A DNA stretch of 32,000 nt from Candidatus Saccharimonadota bacterium (GTDB lineage: Bacteria; Patescibacteriota; Saccharimonadia; Saccharimonadales; Saccharimonadaceae), in NCBI GenBank assembly GCA_039920285.1, contig JBDSDX010000001.1, positions 30,001 through 62,000 on the forward strand, in the 5' to 3' direction. Positions within the stretch are counted from its first letter, which is position 1, and each line of letters opens with the position of its first letter. The position numbers and the translations under genes are program-made. The notes beneath the pieces are model-generated. The model was not told the origin of the DNA. It searched no databases and saw only the letters and a program-made list of their open reading frames with translations. Positions 17,188-24,968 of the stretch are shown here, piece after piece.

Positions 17188-18230
17188 GATCGGTTTTCCC
17201 TTTGCGCGAGACCGATAACAGTGGCGAATTCAGAGGCAACGGTCAGGAGCTGCTGTTGGTCTTGTTGAGAGACGTTCACTTTTTGCCACGGGTTCGCAAT
17301 GCTTGAAGGAATACCCGTCTTAGCAGTCACGTATTCACCAAATTGTGGAACAATCGCACTAAAGCCAGACAACAAGATGCCACCGACAGGAGTATTTGGG
17401 TAACGAGTTTGGAAGAATTTCACTGACTTGGTCAGCTCGGTTGCAAAGTTATCAAGGGTTGATTCAATCGCACGGTAAACTTGTCCTTCGAGACGGTCTG
17501 GCGCCAGACCAAATTTCAAGATGAATTGACGCGCTTGGTCTTCTTGAACGTTCAAGTTCTGGACTGCAGCTTTGATGAGTGAACGAATGCCTGTCGGGAT
17601 CGTACGAACCAATCGAGGACTGCCACCAAAAGTAATCGCCAGATCAGTTGATTGTTCACCGACATCAATGATGAGACGACCGTCAGGAATACCTTCGGGT
17701 AACAGTGAACGAACCATCGCCAGAGGGTCTGGTTCGGCAGCGATAACGTTGAGACCGAGGCCTTCAATAAATTCGAGTCGCTCTTCAGCGTAGGCATTAG
17801 CTGTACTTGCCAGCAAAACTTCGACTTGTTTTGGATCATGTAAAGAGGTGCCAAGGAGCGCCCAGTCGACTTTTGCTTCGTTGACCGCCATTGGAATATA
17901 CTGGTCAGCTTGGTACTTCAAAGTACTGCGTAGCTCTGCTTCTGGCATTGCTGGCATTTCGATAACTGTTGTAAAAGTTTTACTTGAAGGTAATCCGATG
18001 ACGACATTCTTGGCTTTAATGCCACTTTGGCCAACAGCAGTCATGATCACTTCACCAAGTCGACGTTGGCTTTCAGGTGAGGCACTGCTTGCGGTTTTTT
18101 CGTCTAAAGGCGCATATCCAAAGTGTTGGAGGACCCAACTGTTAGGACCTGTCGAAGAAAGCTGTACCACTCGCACAGCATTTGTTCCTATATCTAGCGC
18201 AAAGAAGTCGCCCACGCCACGTAATGCCAT
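17184..18230 (-). CDS. pilM: actin-like ATPase PilM
   Basis: FALDIGTNAVRVVQL phosphate-1 motif with FtsA/PilM-like fold length. The track start is a TTG at 18251. The ATG at 18230 (MALRGVG...) has TAAGGGA 5 nt upstream, so I prefer it. Confidence 0.85.
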   Translation of the reverse strand: MALRGVGDFFALDIGTNAVRVVQLSSTGPNSWVLQHFGYAPLDEKTASSASPESQRRLGEVIMTAVGQSGIKAKNVVIGLPSSKTFTTVIEMPAMPEAELRSTLKYQADQYIPMAVNEAKVDWALLGTSLHDPKQVEVLLASTANAYAEERLEFIEGLGLNVIAAEPDPLAMVRSLLPEGIPDGRLIIDVGEQSTDLAITFGGSPRLVRTIPTGIRSLIKAAVQNLNVQEDQARQFILKFGLAPDRLEGQVYRAIESTLDNFATELTKSVKFFQTRYPNTPVGGILLSGFSAIVPQFGEYVTAKTGIPSSIANPWQKVNVSQQDQQQLLTVASEFATVIGLAQRENRS

Positions 18231-18240
18231 ATTGTCCCTT

Positions 18241-18270
18241 ATTATACGCAAAGCATAAGCGTAAAAGCAA
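18241..18270 (-). promoter_or_regulatory. candidate internal promoter in front of pilM
   Basis: The minus strand reads TTGCTT-18 nt-TATAAT in the short gap between the upstream large gene and pilM. This is a match by eye only. Confidence 0.3.
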
Positions 18271-18281
18271 GGTCATTTACT

Positions 18282-20168
18282 CTAATAGCGTGGTGGTAAT
18301 TCTTGAGAGTACACCGTTTGGACCCGGCCGGTCGTTGAAGCACGATTTATTGCCCAGAAATATGCATCTGGTCGAAGATTGAACACCTCTGCTGGATCGC
18401 CTGCCCCAGCCCCTTGAGTTGCTCCAGCTGTTCGGTGCAAGTATACTTTTTTTGCCATAACAGGGCCGTTAATAGTCAGTGTATTCGTACATAGTGCCGA
18501 ACTGAGATTGATCATATCTCCTGAATCAGCAGCATCTCGACACGTATTAAGAGTTCCCTCGGCGCCATTCGCGATGAGCCATGCGTCGACTCGCGTCACA
18601 TTACTTCGAATGTTGATGTGATTGGCAATAATAACAAGCTGCGGAATGTCACTAAGTGCCGTGAATGGACCATTGTCGTAGGTGATATTTCCAAGAATAT
18701 TGACCGTTGCTGTCGGTGCATTAATCACGATCCATTGACCCTTGCCTAGTCCTGTTGTGGTCAGATTAATAACTGCGTTGGTGTCAGTTTTATATACGCC
18801 CTGTTTACCAGACGCGCCAAGATCAACTGTTCCTGTTAGCTTTGGCGCAGCGCTAGTGAGAAAACGATTTGAGATATCAGGAATAGTTCGATTGGTATCA
18901 AAGTTGCCGAGGCTCGATTGATCCACACACTTTCCACCCGGGCTTTTTGCTTTTGTGTTCGCAAATGTCAAAAGTGAGACTGCGCAATCGGTTGTTTTGG
19001 ATATACCTCCCGCATATCCAGAACCTGAGGCTAAGCCCTTAATCGCTCCGCTTGCGACGACGCCATATTCGGCCCATGAGCCGTATTGTTTTGTGATTTG
19101 ATTTGTGACACCAACTGAAATCAATGAAACCATAGAGACGGAACCAGCAAAAGGCCTTCCCACTAATACATCACTCCCCAATACTTGGATCTTCGGCTTT
19201 TTGGTCACCGTAATACAGAACGGTGCGCTATAGCGCCAATCTGTCGTTTCAAAACTATACGTTTTAACTGAAAGTCCGAAACATATTCTTGTCCCCACTG
19301 GCCAGTCGGCGATTGATTGTGTGCCCACGTTATTCGTCAAGTTTGATGTGCCGACGCCAAAGATTGTTCCCGTTGCAGTTTTTACGTCCACAGCGTCTTT
19401 ATTACCGTAATATGTCACTGGCGCAATGCCTCCAGTTCCTGTGAGAGGAACAGAACCACCTGGATCGACACGGAATTTCGTGACACGCCACTCAACACCA
19501 TTACTACTCGTTGGGCCGTCGTTCTTCACCGTTGGAGTAAGCTTTACATTATCTGTTGCTGCATCGCTCACACTCGGGGTACCCGTAATACTCGGCGTAA
19601 GATTAAAATTGTAGCGCGTGTAACAGAACCACGAAAGGTTACTACTTCCGGACCATGTGTAGCCGTTATTTTGCCCAAGAGCGGCTGCTTCATTAAAGGC
19701 AGTGTGTACAGCTGGCCATGAATAGCCTCGATCGTTCACTAGTGTACTTGGCAGAGGGTTAGATGCATCTTGAGCGGGATAATAATTAGTACCGCCTCCA
19801 AAATAGCGGCTAATGTCATCGTTATCACCACTACTCGAACCGATCGTCCAAGACCTCGTGTCGCGCGAACCGTCGGTTGCGACCAGTACGTACGCAAAGA
19901 ATCCCCCAGCAGTAGCACAACCTCGTACGTGTGTTTGTGTCTGTTTAAAAACATTCCAAATAGGAACGTCGTCAGAATTGGTCGTATAGTAGCGCCACGT
20001 CGCGCCATAACAAGTACTAAAACCGTCACCACACCCCGGACTTCCGCCGGTCGGAGAATCACCTGCTCCGGCAGAGGCAAAACGAGGCATCAAAACAACA
20101 GCAAATACTGCGAATAATACGACAGCTAGTGAATAGAAAAGCGGCCTAACCCGATACCCTTGTATCAT
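18282..20168 (-). CDS. secreted Cys-rich protein of unknown family, paralog B
   Basis: 628 aa. Signal peptide ends FASA|GAG. It has 10 Cys, all positionally conserved with paralog A. The middle segment is Ig/CARDB-like (LTPSITGTP...TPTVKNDGPT...EWRVTKFRV) and the C-terminal half is beta-rich, ending RVQTVYSQELPPRY. The ATG overlaps the upstream stop as ATGA. Confidence 0.8.
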   Translation of the reverse strand: MIQGYRVRPLFYSLAVVLFAVFAVVLMPRFASAGAGDSPTGGSPGCGDGFSTCYGATWRYYTTNSDDVPIWNVFKQTQTHVRGCATAGGFFAYVLVATDGSRDTRSWTIGSSSGDNDDISRYFGGGTNYYPAQDASNPLPSTLVNDRGYSWPAVHTAFNEAAALGQNNGYTWSGSSNLSWFCYTRYNFNLTPSITGTPSVSDAATDNVKLTPTVKNDGPTSSNGVEWRVTKFRVDPGGSVPLTGTGGIAPVTYYGNKDAVDVKTATGTIFGVGTSNLTNNVGTQSIADWPVGTRICFGLSVKTYSFETTDWRYSAPFCITVTKKPKIQVLGSDVLVGRPFAGSVSMVSLISVGVTNQITKQYGSWAEYGVVASGAIKGLASGSGYAGGISKTTDCAVSLLTFANTKAKSPGGKCVDQSSLGNFDTNRTIPDISNRFLTSAAPKLTGTVDLGASGKQGVYKTDTNAVINLTTTGLGKGQWIVINAPTATVNILGNITYDNGPFTALSDIPQLVIIANHINIRSNVTRVDAWLIANGAEGTLNTCRDAADSGDMINLSSALCTNTLTINGPVMAKKVYLHRTAGATQGAGAGDPAEVFNLRPDAYFWAINRASTTGRVQTVYSQELPPRY

Positions 20169-20686
20169 TCAAACACCTTTATCGGTACCTTCTTATAATA
20201 TTCATCGGCCTTTATTGTATCGCCAATAACGTCATAGGCACGAGCGAAATGGGTATCGATTTTATACTTATATGCGTCACTATCTCCATATTTCGCTTCG
20301 AGAGGAATGAGAATTGTATCAATTGCTTCTTGCGGTTTGTCGGTATTAATAAGCAATATTGCTTTCGCAAGACGGGCATCAACACTATAGCTTTCGTTCC
20401 CGCTCTTGTCGGCTTCAGTAATCTGAGAATCAATAATTTTTATTGCTTGCTGCGTTGATTGTGTATCGTCGGCCGAGAGAAGTTTTGCGACTTGATCTTG
20501 CGTCTTATTAAATGTATCTCGATATGCCGTGCCCGACTTTTCAATATTTGTCGTACCTTGATCTTCCTTGGTTGAGCTAAAATACCCAGCAAAGTACGCA
20601 TAGGTTGCACCTCCGACCACCAGTACAATAAGAATGATGCTCGCGATAATGGTTTTTTTATGGGTAATACGCATATTCATAGTCAT
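20165..20686 (-). CDS. membrane-anchored TPR-like helical-repeat protein, paralog B
   Basis: One N-terminal TM helix (IIASIILIVLVVGGATYAYFAGYF) and a helical-repeat domain (ARLAKAILLINTDKPQEAIDTIL, FARAYDVIGDTIKADEYYKK). The start is revised from the track's 20761 to the ATG at 20686, which overlaps the upstream stop as TAATG. The Met at 20680 aligns best with the paralog A start. Confidence 0.7.
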   Translation of the reverse strand: MTMNMRITHKKTIIASIILIVLVVGGATYAYFAGYFSSTKEDQGTTNIEKSGTAYRDTFNKTQDQVAKLLSADDTQSTQQAIKIIDSQITEADKSGNESYSVDARLAKAILLINTDKPQEAIDTILIPLEAKYGDSDAYKYKIDTHFARAYDVIGDTIKADEYYKKVPIKVFE

Positions 20687-22578
20687 TAAAATCGTGGTGG
20701 TAATTCTTGAGAGTACACCGTTTGCACACGTCCAGTAGCTGAAGCGCGCGCTGTAGCCCATAGATAGGCGTCTGGTCGAAGGTTAAATATCTCTGCAGGG
20801 TCACCTGCCCCAGCACCTTGTGTTGCTCCGACTGTTCGATGGAGATAGAGCTTCTTCGCCATGACAGGACCGTTAATAAACAATTGTTTATTACACGTGA
20901 CGGAACTTAGATTAATCATGTCGATGGTATCAACCACATTTCGACAGGTGTTTACTACCCCTTCAGTGCCGTTCGCAACTAACCACGCATCGATATTTGT
21001 AACCGTACTTTCAATGTTAATGCGACTAGCAATAATGACAAGTTGTGGAATATCATCGATTGAATTCAACGTTACGGGTGAGTACTTGATGTCTCCTGAA
21101 ATAACGACAGTTGCTTTTGGTGCGTTGATCACCACCCACTGTTTTTTCGCGAGCGTTGTTGCACTCAGTGTAATCGTCGTCGTACCATCACTTGTATACA
21201 CACCCTGTCGGTTCGATGCGCCAAGATCAATTGTTCCTGTTAGTTTTGGTGTCGTTGCGGTCGTCGGAAATCGGGTTGAGATATCAGGAATGGTTCTTTT
21301 CGTATCAAACTTGCCAAGGCTTGATTGATTTGTACACCGACCACCTGGACTTGTGGTCACTGTATTTGAAAATGTCAGCAACGCAACAGCGCAATCGGTC
21401 GTCGTCGATACTCCCCCAGCGTAGCCTGAAGCTGAAGCAAGTCCGTTAACAGCCCCGCTCGCCGCGACGCCGTACTCACTCCATGAGCCGTATTGTTTTG
21501 TGATTTGGTTTGTGACGCCGACTGAAATCAGCGAGGTAAGAGCAGTTGAACCTGGGAAAGGTCTCCCCACAAGTACATCACTCCCCCAGACTTGAATTTT
21601 TGGTTTTTTCGTAATCGTCACGCAAAATGGTGGACTGTAGCGCCAATTCCCCGACGACTGAGAATAGGGTTTTACCGAAAGCCCAAAGCATATCCTCGTC
21701 CCCAGTGGATAGTCACCGACTGACTGTTTCGCGACTTCACCAGCAAGATTCGTCGTCGTCACCCCAAACGTTCTTCCTGTCACGACCTTCACGTCAGTCC
21801 CGTCTTTATTGCCATAAAAACTTATCGGAGTACCACTTCCAGTACTGCCTCCGGGAACTGCTATCCCTGGTTCAACTCGAAATTTCGTAATACGCCATTC
21901 AATGGAGCTACTATTCGTTGGTCCCGCGTTCTTTACCGTCGGCGTTACAGTAATGTCATTCGTACTACCATCAACGTCTTTTGGTGTCCCCGTGATTAAA
22001 GGCGTGAGATTGAAATCAAGCCCTCGATAACAGAACCATCCGAGTGAACTCCCACCATCCCATGAATACCCTGCGTTTTGTCCCAGAGATTTAGTTTGCT
22101 CAAATGCCTTTTGGGCAGAGAACCAACTGTACATTCCGTCGCCAGGGTTAACAGGAAGCGCATCACCAGGATCGCTGTAGAGGTAGTATTTTGTCCAACC
22201 GCCAAAAAACTTACTTCGGTTACCTGAGTCCCCATCAACTGGACCAATTTTCCATGACCTCACTAGTGAGCCGTCGTTAGGTGAATATCGATTCACCAAG
22301 ACATAAGCAAAGAATCCACCGGTTGATCCACAACCTGTGACTGTCGTATATCCTGAACCAACATTCCTAATATTGTACGCATTGGAGCTTGTCCGGTAAT
22401 ATCGCCAAACTGCCCCGGTACAAGTGCTGTAATTATACGCCGCACAACCGTTTGACCCACCGCCACCGCCTGGCCCAGCACCCGCTGACGCAGAGTGAGG
22501 TGTTAATAAAACCGCCAATATAGCAAAAAGCCCAATGACTATTGAGTACATCGACACAGAGCGGATACGAAGACGCAT
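20686..22578 (-). CDS. secreted Cys-rich protein of unknown family, paralog A
   Basis: About 630 aa. Signal peptide ends SASA|GAG. Domain order and the 10 Cys are the same as in paralog B, and it ends RVQTVYSQELPPRF. The ATG at 22578 overlaps the upstream stop as TGATG. The track start at 22581 is a TTG. Confidence 0.8.
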   Translation of the reverse strand: MRLRIRSVSMYSIVIGLFAILAVLLTPHSASAGAGPGGGGGSNGCAAYNYSTCTGAVWRYYRTSSNAYNIRNVGSGYTTVTGCGSTGGFFAYVLVNRYSPNDGSLVRSWKIGPVDGDSGNRSKFFGGWTKYYLYSDPGDALPVNPGDGMYSWFSAQKAFEQTKSLGQNAGYSWDGGSSLGWFCYRGLDFNLTPLITGTPKDVDGSTNDITVTPTVKNAGPTNSSSIEWRITKFRVEPGIAVPGGSTGSGTPISFYGNKDGTDVKVVTGRTFGVTTTNLAGEVAKQSVGDYPLGTRICFGLSVKPYSQSSGNWRYSPPFCVTITKKPKIQVWGSDVLVGRPFPGSTALTSLISVGVTNQITKQYGSWSEYGVAASGAVNGLASASGYAGGVSTTTDCAVALLTFSNTVTTSPGGRCTNQSSLGKFDTKRTIPDISTRFPTTATTPKLTGTIDLGASNRQGVYTSDGTTTITLSATTLAKKQWVVINAPKATVVISGDIKYSPVTLNSIDDIPQLVIIASRINIESTVTNIDAWLVANGTEGVVNTCRNVVDTIDMINLSSVTCNKQLFINGPVMAKKLYLHRTVGATQGAGAGDPAEIFNLRPDAYLWATARASATGRVQTVYSQELPPRF

Positions 22579-23099
22579 CAATCAAATCCTTTTACTGGTA
22601 TCTTGTTAAAGTATTCTGCTGATTTCTCAGTGTTACCCAAAACTTCGTAAGCTCGGCTAAAATAACCGTAAATATTATATTTATAAGATTCATTGTCACC
22701 ATACTTCTGATCAAGCGGTGTCAGAATAGTATCAATTGCCTCCTGTGATCGATTGGTATCAATATATAAACTAGCCTTTGCCAAATACGCGTCGACACTG
22801 TAGCTGTCGTTTCCACTTCTGTCGGCTGAAGCGATCTGAGAATCAACGATCGCCGTCGCCTGTTGAATCGATTTCTCGTCACCAGCAGTTACTAACGTTG
22901 TGACCTGAGTTTGATTTTGATTCAAGCTCTTCTTATACGTCGTGCTTGTTTTAGTCGGATCGGTTGTCCCAGTCGATGTATCCTTGGCTGGAGCAGTAAA
23001 ATAGCCTGCATAATAGGCATACGCACCACCGCCTCCAAGAAGAACAACCACGACGATTGCCGTGATAATAATCTTTTTGCGAGCGATTCTAATGGCCAT
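22578..23099 (-). CDS. membrane-anchored TPR-like helical-repeat protein, paralog A
   Basis: 173 aa. MAIRIARKK is followed by a TM helix (IIITAIVVVVLLGGGGAYAYYAGYF), a Thr-rich linker and helical repeats (AYLAKASLYIDTNRSQEAIDTIL, FSRAYEVLGNTEKSAEYFNK). It is the first gene of the co-directional block. Confidence 0.75.
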   Translation of the reverse strand: MAIRIARKKIIITAIVVVVLLGGGGAYAYYAGYFTAPAKDTSTGTTDPTKTSTTYKKSLNQNQTQVTTLVTAGDEKSIQQATAIVDSQIASADRSGNDSYSVDAYLAKASLYIDTNRSQEAIDTILTPLDQKYGDNESYKYNIYGYFSRAYEVLGNTEKSAEYFNKIPVKGFD

Positions 23100-23125
23100 G
23101 CGTACCCCGTGTTATCTTAAGCTTG

Positions 23126-23154
23126 AGTATAATATACCGCTTATGCGAATACAA
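23126..23154 (-). promoter_or_regulatory. candidate sigma70-type promoter for the duplicated module / pilus super-operon
   Basis: The minus strand reads TTGTAT-17 nt-TATACT in the 81-nt divergent gap, about 26 nt upstream of the first ATG (23099). Confidence 0.3.
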
Positions 23155-23162
23155 CTGACATC

Positions 23163-23171
23163 TGTTAAAAT
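23163..23171 (+). promoter_or_regulatory. candidate extended -10 promoter for ychF
   Basis: TGTTAAAAT (TGn + TAAAAT) ends 9 nt before the ychF ATG. No SD lies between them. Confidence 0.3.
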
Positions 23172-23180
23172 AAGAACCAT

Positions 23181-24263
23181 ATGAGTCTCTCTATTGGCAT
23201 CGTCGGTCTCCCAAACGTTGGTAAGTCTACCCTCTTTAACGCTCTCACGGATAACAACATCCTAGCGGCTAATTATCCATTCGCGACAATCGAACCGAAT
23301 ACCGGCATTATTGCCGTGCCTGACACACGTCTTGGTGTGCTTGAAGATATGTATAAAGCAGAGAAAGTCATCCCTGCGACAGTGACGTTTGTTGATATCG
23401 CGGGCCTCGTTGCTGGTGCGAGTAAAGGCGAAGGACTCGGTAATAAGTTCCTCGCGAACATTCGTGAGTGTGATGCTATCGTGCACGTGGTGCGCGCCTT
23501 TGAAGATCCAGATGTTATCCATACCTCTGATCAAATCAATCCAAAGCACGATATCGAGACAATCAACACTGAGCTTATCTTGGCCGACCTTCAATCTCTG
23601 GAACGTCACCTGCCGAAAATTGAGCGAGAAGCAAAGGCTAATGCCACCGCTCGCGCTGCTGTTGATCAAGTGAAGGCGCTCCAAAACTCTCTCGAGCAAG
23701 GAACACTTATCTCAGAACTTGGTAGCGTGAACACAGAACTTATTCAAGAACTACAACTACTGAGTGCCAAACCAGTCATCTACGTCTTCAATGTCGACGA
23801 GCATACCCTTGGTAATACAGAGAAGAAGGTATCACTCGCTGCGTTGGTTGCGCCTGCTGAGAGTATCTTCATCTGCGCTAAGCTCGAACAAGACCTCCGC
23901 GGTCTCACAAAGTCAGATGCCGAAGAATTACTCTCTGCATATGATGTGTCTGAATCAGGTCTCGCCCAACTCGCCCGCGTGGCGTACGCGACGTTAAAGC
24001 TACAAAGCTACCTCACCGCTGGACCAAAAGAAGTTCGTGCTTGGACTATTCGCCAAGGTAATACTGCCCCGCAAGCCGCTGGAGTCATTCATACTGATTT
24101 TGAGAAAGGCTTTATCGCCGCCCAAATCGTCGACTTTGATGATTTAATTGAGGCTGGGAGCGAAGTAGCAGCCAAGAGCGCTGGTAAGATTCGCACTGAA
24201 GGTCGCGACTATGTGATGCGTCCTGGTGACGTAGTCGAGTTCCGATTCAACGTCAGCAAATAG
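23181..24263 (+). CDS. ychF: ribosome-binding ATPase YchF (Obg-family P-loop)
   Basis: 360 aa. G1 motif GIVGLPNVGKSTLFNALT, the central coiled-coil insert, and a C-terminal TGS-like domain (RAWTIRQGNTAPQAAGVIHTDFEKGFI). Confidence 0.9.
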   Translation: MSLSIGIVGLPNVGKSTLFNALTDNNILAANYPFATIEPNTGIIAVPDTRLGVLEDMYKAEKVIPATVTFVDIAGLVAGASKGEGLGNKFLANIRECDAIVHVVRAFEDPDVIHTSDQINPKHDIETINTELILADLQSLERHLPKIEREAKANATARAAVDQVKALQNSLEQGTLISELGSVNTELIQELQLLSAKPVIYVFNVDEHTLGNTEKKVSLAALVAPAESIFICAKLEQDLRGLTKSDAEELLSAYDVSESGLAQLARVAYATLKLQSYLTAGPKEVRAWTIRQGNTAPQAAGVIHTDFEKGFIAAQIVDFDDLIEAGSEVAAKSAGKIRTEGRDYVMRPGDVVEFRFNVSK

Positions 24264-24961
24264 AACCGTTCTTGATTCCCCTTCGCACCGGCGACTTCAC
24301 TATCCCTTTTGTCATTGATCACGAACCAATCCTTCGCCCATACCTCAAAATCTTTTAAGATCTGACGACGAATTGCATCGTTTTTAATGACACCTTTGTT
24401 AATTTGCTCACGACCTGCTTCAAATTGTGGCTTCACCATGGCGACAATCTGCGTGTCTGGTCCAGATAAGGATCGAGCAATGTGTGGCAAGATGTCACGT
24501 AAGCTAATGAACGACACATCGATGACCGTAATGTCTGGTTTTACATCGAGATGAAAATCACGAATATCAGTTTTTTCATGAAGCTCAATCCGTGGGTGTC
24601 TGTGTAGGCTTGGGTGAAGTTGATCGGTACCCACATCAACAGCAAAGACGTTCTTGGCCTCGTGTTGCAACGCATAATCAGTAAAACCGCCGGTGCTACT
24701 TCCAACATCGAGCACGACTTTATTTCTAAAGTCCAGATTCAGTAACTGTGCGACGCTGGCAAGTTTTAAACCTGCGCGGCTCACATAGCGTTCGTTGCCT
24801 TCGATAGAAAGTTCCATAATACTCGTCACAAAGTGACCAGGTTTGGTAATAACTTTGCCATTTACCGACACTTTACCGAGCTTAATTAAGCTTTCGGCTT
24901 GAGAACGGGTCGTCGTCATGCCGCGACGTGCTAGTTCAGCATCGAGACGTCGCTTATCCAT
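24209..24961 (-). CDS. tlyA: TlyA-family rRNA 2'-O-methyltransferase (hemolysin A-like)
   Basis: S4-like N-terminus RLDAELARRGMTTTRSQAESLIKLGKVSVNGK and a SAM-MTase motif VLDVGSSTGGFTD. The start is revised to the ATG at 24961, 7 nt after the efp stop. The track's 44 extra residues overlap efp. Confidence 0.85.
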   Translation of the reverse strand: MDKRRLDAELARRGMTTTRSQAESLIKLGKVSVNGKVITKPGHFVTSIMELSIEGNERYVSRAGLKLASVAQLLNLDFRNKVVLDVGSSTGGFTDYALQHEAKNVFAVDVGTDQLHPSLHRHPRIELHEKTDIRDFHLDVKPDITVIDVSFISLRDILPHIARSLSGPDTQIVAMVKPQFEAGREQINKGVIKNDAIRRQILKDFEVWAKDWFVINDKRDSEVAGAKGNQERFYLLTLNRNSTTSPGRIT

Positions 24962-24968
24962 GAAAAGA

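Larger units (their letters stand above)
18282..23099 (-). repeat. tandem duplication of a two-gene module (units about 20686..23099 and 18282..20686)
   Basis: The two units are colinear at protein level across both genes. The DNA is diverged overall, with islands of identity. One is the 32-nt string CGTGGTGGTAATTCTTGAGAGTACACCGTTTG at both 3' ends (about 18290 and 20693). Another is CCATGAGCCGTATTGTTTTGTGATTTG (about 19075 and 21481). Confidence 0.85.

Noticed and set aside
18447-18453. A T7/A7 homopolymer inside large paralog B (encoding MAKKVY) could be a slipped-strand phase-variation site.
   Set aside because: Seven residues is short for phase variation. The tract simply encodes Lys-Lys. 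The paralog uses AAG codons at the same place, which is consistent with drift rather than a maintained switch.
18282-20730. The identical 32-nt 3' ends of the two large paralogs resemble a DGR template/variable-repeat pair with an IMH-like element.
   Set aside because: Differences upstream of the identical block affect all four bases rather than being adenine-specific. No reverse transcriptase or accessory gene is in the window. The divergence extends over the entire 1.9-kb genes. Ordinary paralogy with possible gene conversion explains it better.
18282-22578. The ~630-aa secreted proteins next to TPR proteins could be a divergent PilQ secretin plus PilF pilotin pair.
   Set aside because: I see no secretin C-domain signature or N0/N1-type repeats. 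The proteins are Cys-rich, which is atypical for secretins, and the TPR partners have a TM anchor rather than a lipobox. This is kept only as a loose functional analogy in the main finding.
23100-23180. An invertible promoter switch (fim-like) could control the pilus block.
   Set aside because: No flanking inverted repeats of useful length are present. The only palindromes are trivial 6-mers (CTTAAG, AAGCTT). The only recombinase is 16 kb away at the other end of the block.
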